From positions 1,240,001 through 1,304,000 of the forward strand of contig NC_043007.1 of assembly GCF_006345805.1 (NCBI RefSeq): a DNA stretch of 64,000 nucleotides. The letters run 5' to 3'. Below the pieces are notes generated by a model, which made no database searches, was not told the origin of the DNA, and saw only the letters and a list, made by a program, of their open reading frames with translations. Below are positions 61,506 to 64,000 of the stretch, one piece after another. Origin of the DNA: Octopus sinensis. Lineage: Eukaryota. Position 1 is the first letter of the stretch; each line of letters begins with the position of its first letter. Position numbers and translations under genes: made by a program.

Positions 61506-61685
61506 AACGTTAAGAACTGAAAGCGGTTGCACATTTATTAAAGCCTACACACTATTTGTGAAATCCCTTCCTAAAGGTTAGTACCATTCTACTCACTAAA
61601 AATTTTTTTCTTAATCTTAACTTTTTGAAAAAAATCTTCCTCTAAATATATATATTATATTATATTATATTATATTATATTATAA

Positions 61686-61708
61686 GGCAGACAGACAGAC
61701 AGACAGAC

Positions 61709-61795
<87 letters not shown>

Positions 61796-61845
61796 CAGAT
61801 AGATTGATAGATAGATAGATAGATAGATAGATAGACAGATAGATT

Positions 61846-61899
<54 letters not shown>

Positions 61900-61909
61900 C
61901 AGATAGATT

Positions 61910-61950
<41 letters not shown>

Positions 61951-61960
61951 TTAGATAGAC

Positions 61961-62010
<50 letters not shown>

Positions 62011-62025
62011 TTAGATAGACAGATT

Positions 62026-62087
<62 letters not shown>

Positions 62088-62097
62088 CAGATAGATT

Positions 62098-62134
<37 letters not shown>

Positions 62135-62185
62135 TTAGATAGACAGATAGATTGATAGATAGATAGATAGATAGACAGATAGATT

Positions 62186-62223
<38 letters not shown>

Positions 62224-62233
62224 CAGATAGATT

Positions 62234-62271
<38 letters not shown>

Positions 62272-62281
62272 CAGATAGATT

Positions 62282-62329
<48 letters not shown>

Positions 62330-62410
62330 TAGATAGACAGATAGATAGATAGATAGATAGATAGATGATAGATAGATAGATAGATAGATAGTTAGATAGA
62401 CAGATAGATA
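61686..62410. repeat. (GATA)n array with recurrent GACAGATAGATT interruptions
   Basis: Direct inspection. Confidence 0.95.
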
Positions 62411-64000
62411 GATTTCGCCCAACAGTAAAGAAAGAGATAGATTTCGCCCAACTAGCTTTCGCCAAATTGTCAACATATCTCTCTCTCTCTCTCACTCTCT
62501 CTCTCTCTATCTATCCCTCCATCCATCCATCCGTCCGTCCGTTCCCAAAAGGGCAATTTTATAATGAAGTGTGAGTCATCTCCCTGCATGGCCGCAGTCA
62601 AATGAATGAAACAAATGACTGAGAGAAGATCAATGTTGTAAAAAACTGCTGTGTGGACGCCCCCAGACGATGAAGTAGACTAGCCCAATACGTAGATATA
62701 GAGGGAGAAGACTAGAACAGAGTAGAGTGTAGTAGGAGTTGAGTAGCAGAGGCATCCGAACGTGCGACATAACAGCAGCGGCGAGGATTTCGTAGAATAC
62801 ACAGGCACTCTGTAGTATTGCGATATAACAAAAACATAATCCAAAGCAAAGATATTTGCATTCATTCGTCAGTGTAAAACCGGCTGTTGTAACAGCTACT
62901 CTCACAAAATAATTGTTTCAATCCCTTTCAAAAAACAGTTCTAAGAGATATTATATACGCTACAGCACAAGTGTAAAGCAATTCAACCTCAAATGCCTTA
63001 ATTCTAAATCATAGATTCTTGTATCCCCGATAAGAGATCTCTTGTACATTGAGTGCTGGGATATTATCGCTTACAATGATAAAATATATAAAAAAAAGTC
63101 AATTTTCAAAAAGTCACTGGCATGTTACATGGAAGGGCATGCAATAAATCTTGATAAAACTGTAATTCTTTATCAGCCCTGCTCTGGAAAGCTGAACAGA
63201 AACCATAAAACAGCGAAACACGATACAGCTTTAGTAATTGTATCTTACTTCAAGTATTTTGTCAACATGTTAAACAGAAGGTGCATGCTTTAATGACGAG
63301 ATCGCAAATAGAATACAGAAGTTGTGGATATCTTGTAGAAAATTACGATTTTAGTATAGTCTGAATAATTTACACAAAATATCACTTTCAAAACAAGCTT
63401 TTTTGTGTGTCGCATTTTACGGCTTTTCGATACAGACAGTAAATTAAAAACTTGCTAAGCAGATGGTAAGTTTTCAGCAAAGATGTCTCTGATAATTATT
63501 AGATGTATGTTACACTTTAAATGAGTTATGCAATATAGCAGACGAAAGTTTGCAGGTTATATAATTTCATATGCAAGAAAGAAGACTCCTAGAGTGTCTG
63601 TTCTTATGGAGAACCATGTTCTGGCGAATGGCCTCCGAACAAGGCCATATATACGATGCAAGAACTACCTTAAGTCTGATCTTCAAAAAGATAATATGAA
63701 TGTAGAAAGTTCGGAAATTAGTGCAACTGATAGGAGATCGCTGAGAAAAAACACACAAACACACACACATATATATATATATTAAATATTTTTCCTATAT
63801 TAGAGCAAATTTGGCTTACAGCTGTTTCCAGTATAGATTATAGGTACGCTACAGAAAGGTTTATATATATATATATATATACATACATACATAAAGTGAA
63901 ATATATGTATATATACTAAAGGTAAGCAGAGTTAGCGGCTTGCAGTAGCCAACTAAAGAATAACAATGTCCGTATTTACTATCGGTATCAATAGTTACCT

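Overview
AT-rich, microsatellite-saturated animal DNA, most likely an Octopus genome (inferred from the tRNA-Arg-headed SINEs and the repeat landscape). One host gene is present, on the minus strand: an SLC22-family (organic cation/anion, MFS) transporter. Eight phase-compatible GT-AG coding exons run from 44902 down to the stop at 8307, giving 448 aa. The first coding exon was not found and probably lies beyond 64000. The exon encoding WDLVC..TM2-TM4 occurs twice as identical copies inside a ~1.37 kb tandem duplication (real, or an assembly artefact). The rest is repeats: three tRNA-derived SINE families, Helentron-type non-autonomous elements, Tc1/mariner remnants, R4/Dong-like, CR1, RTE, Penelope and Gypsy remnants, MITEs and long microsatellites. 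The signal not explained by standard annotation is a set of at least six unrelated repeat families that each carry a type I hammerhead-ribozyme core. One is apparently intact (59655-59702); others are minimal/dimeric or core variants (U3-A8, A6U). Several sit in inverted-duplication structures and one lies downstream of a Penelope GIY-YIG remnant, suggesting a diverse set of Penelope-associated, ribozyme-bearing non-autonomous retroelements. All structures were read by eye; no alignment, folding or database search was run.
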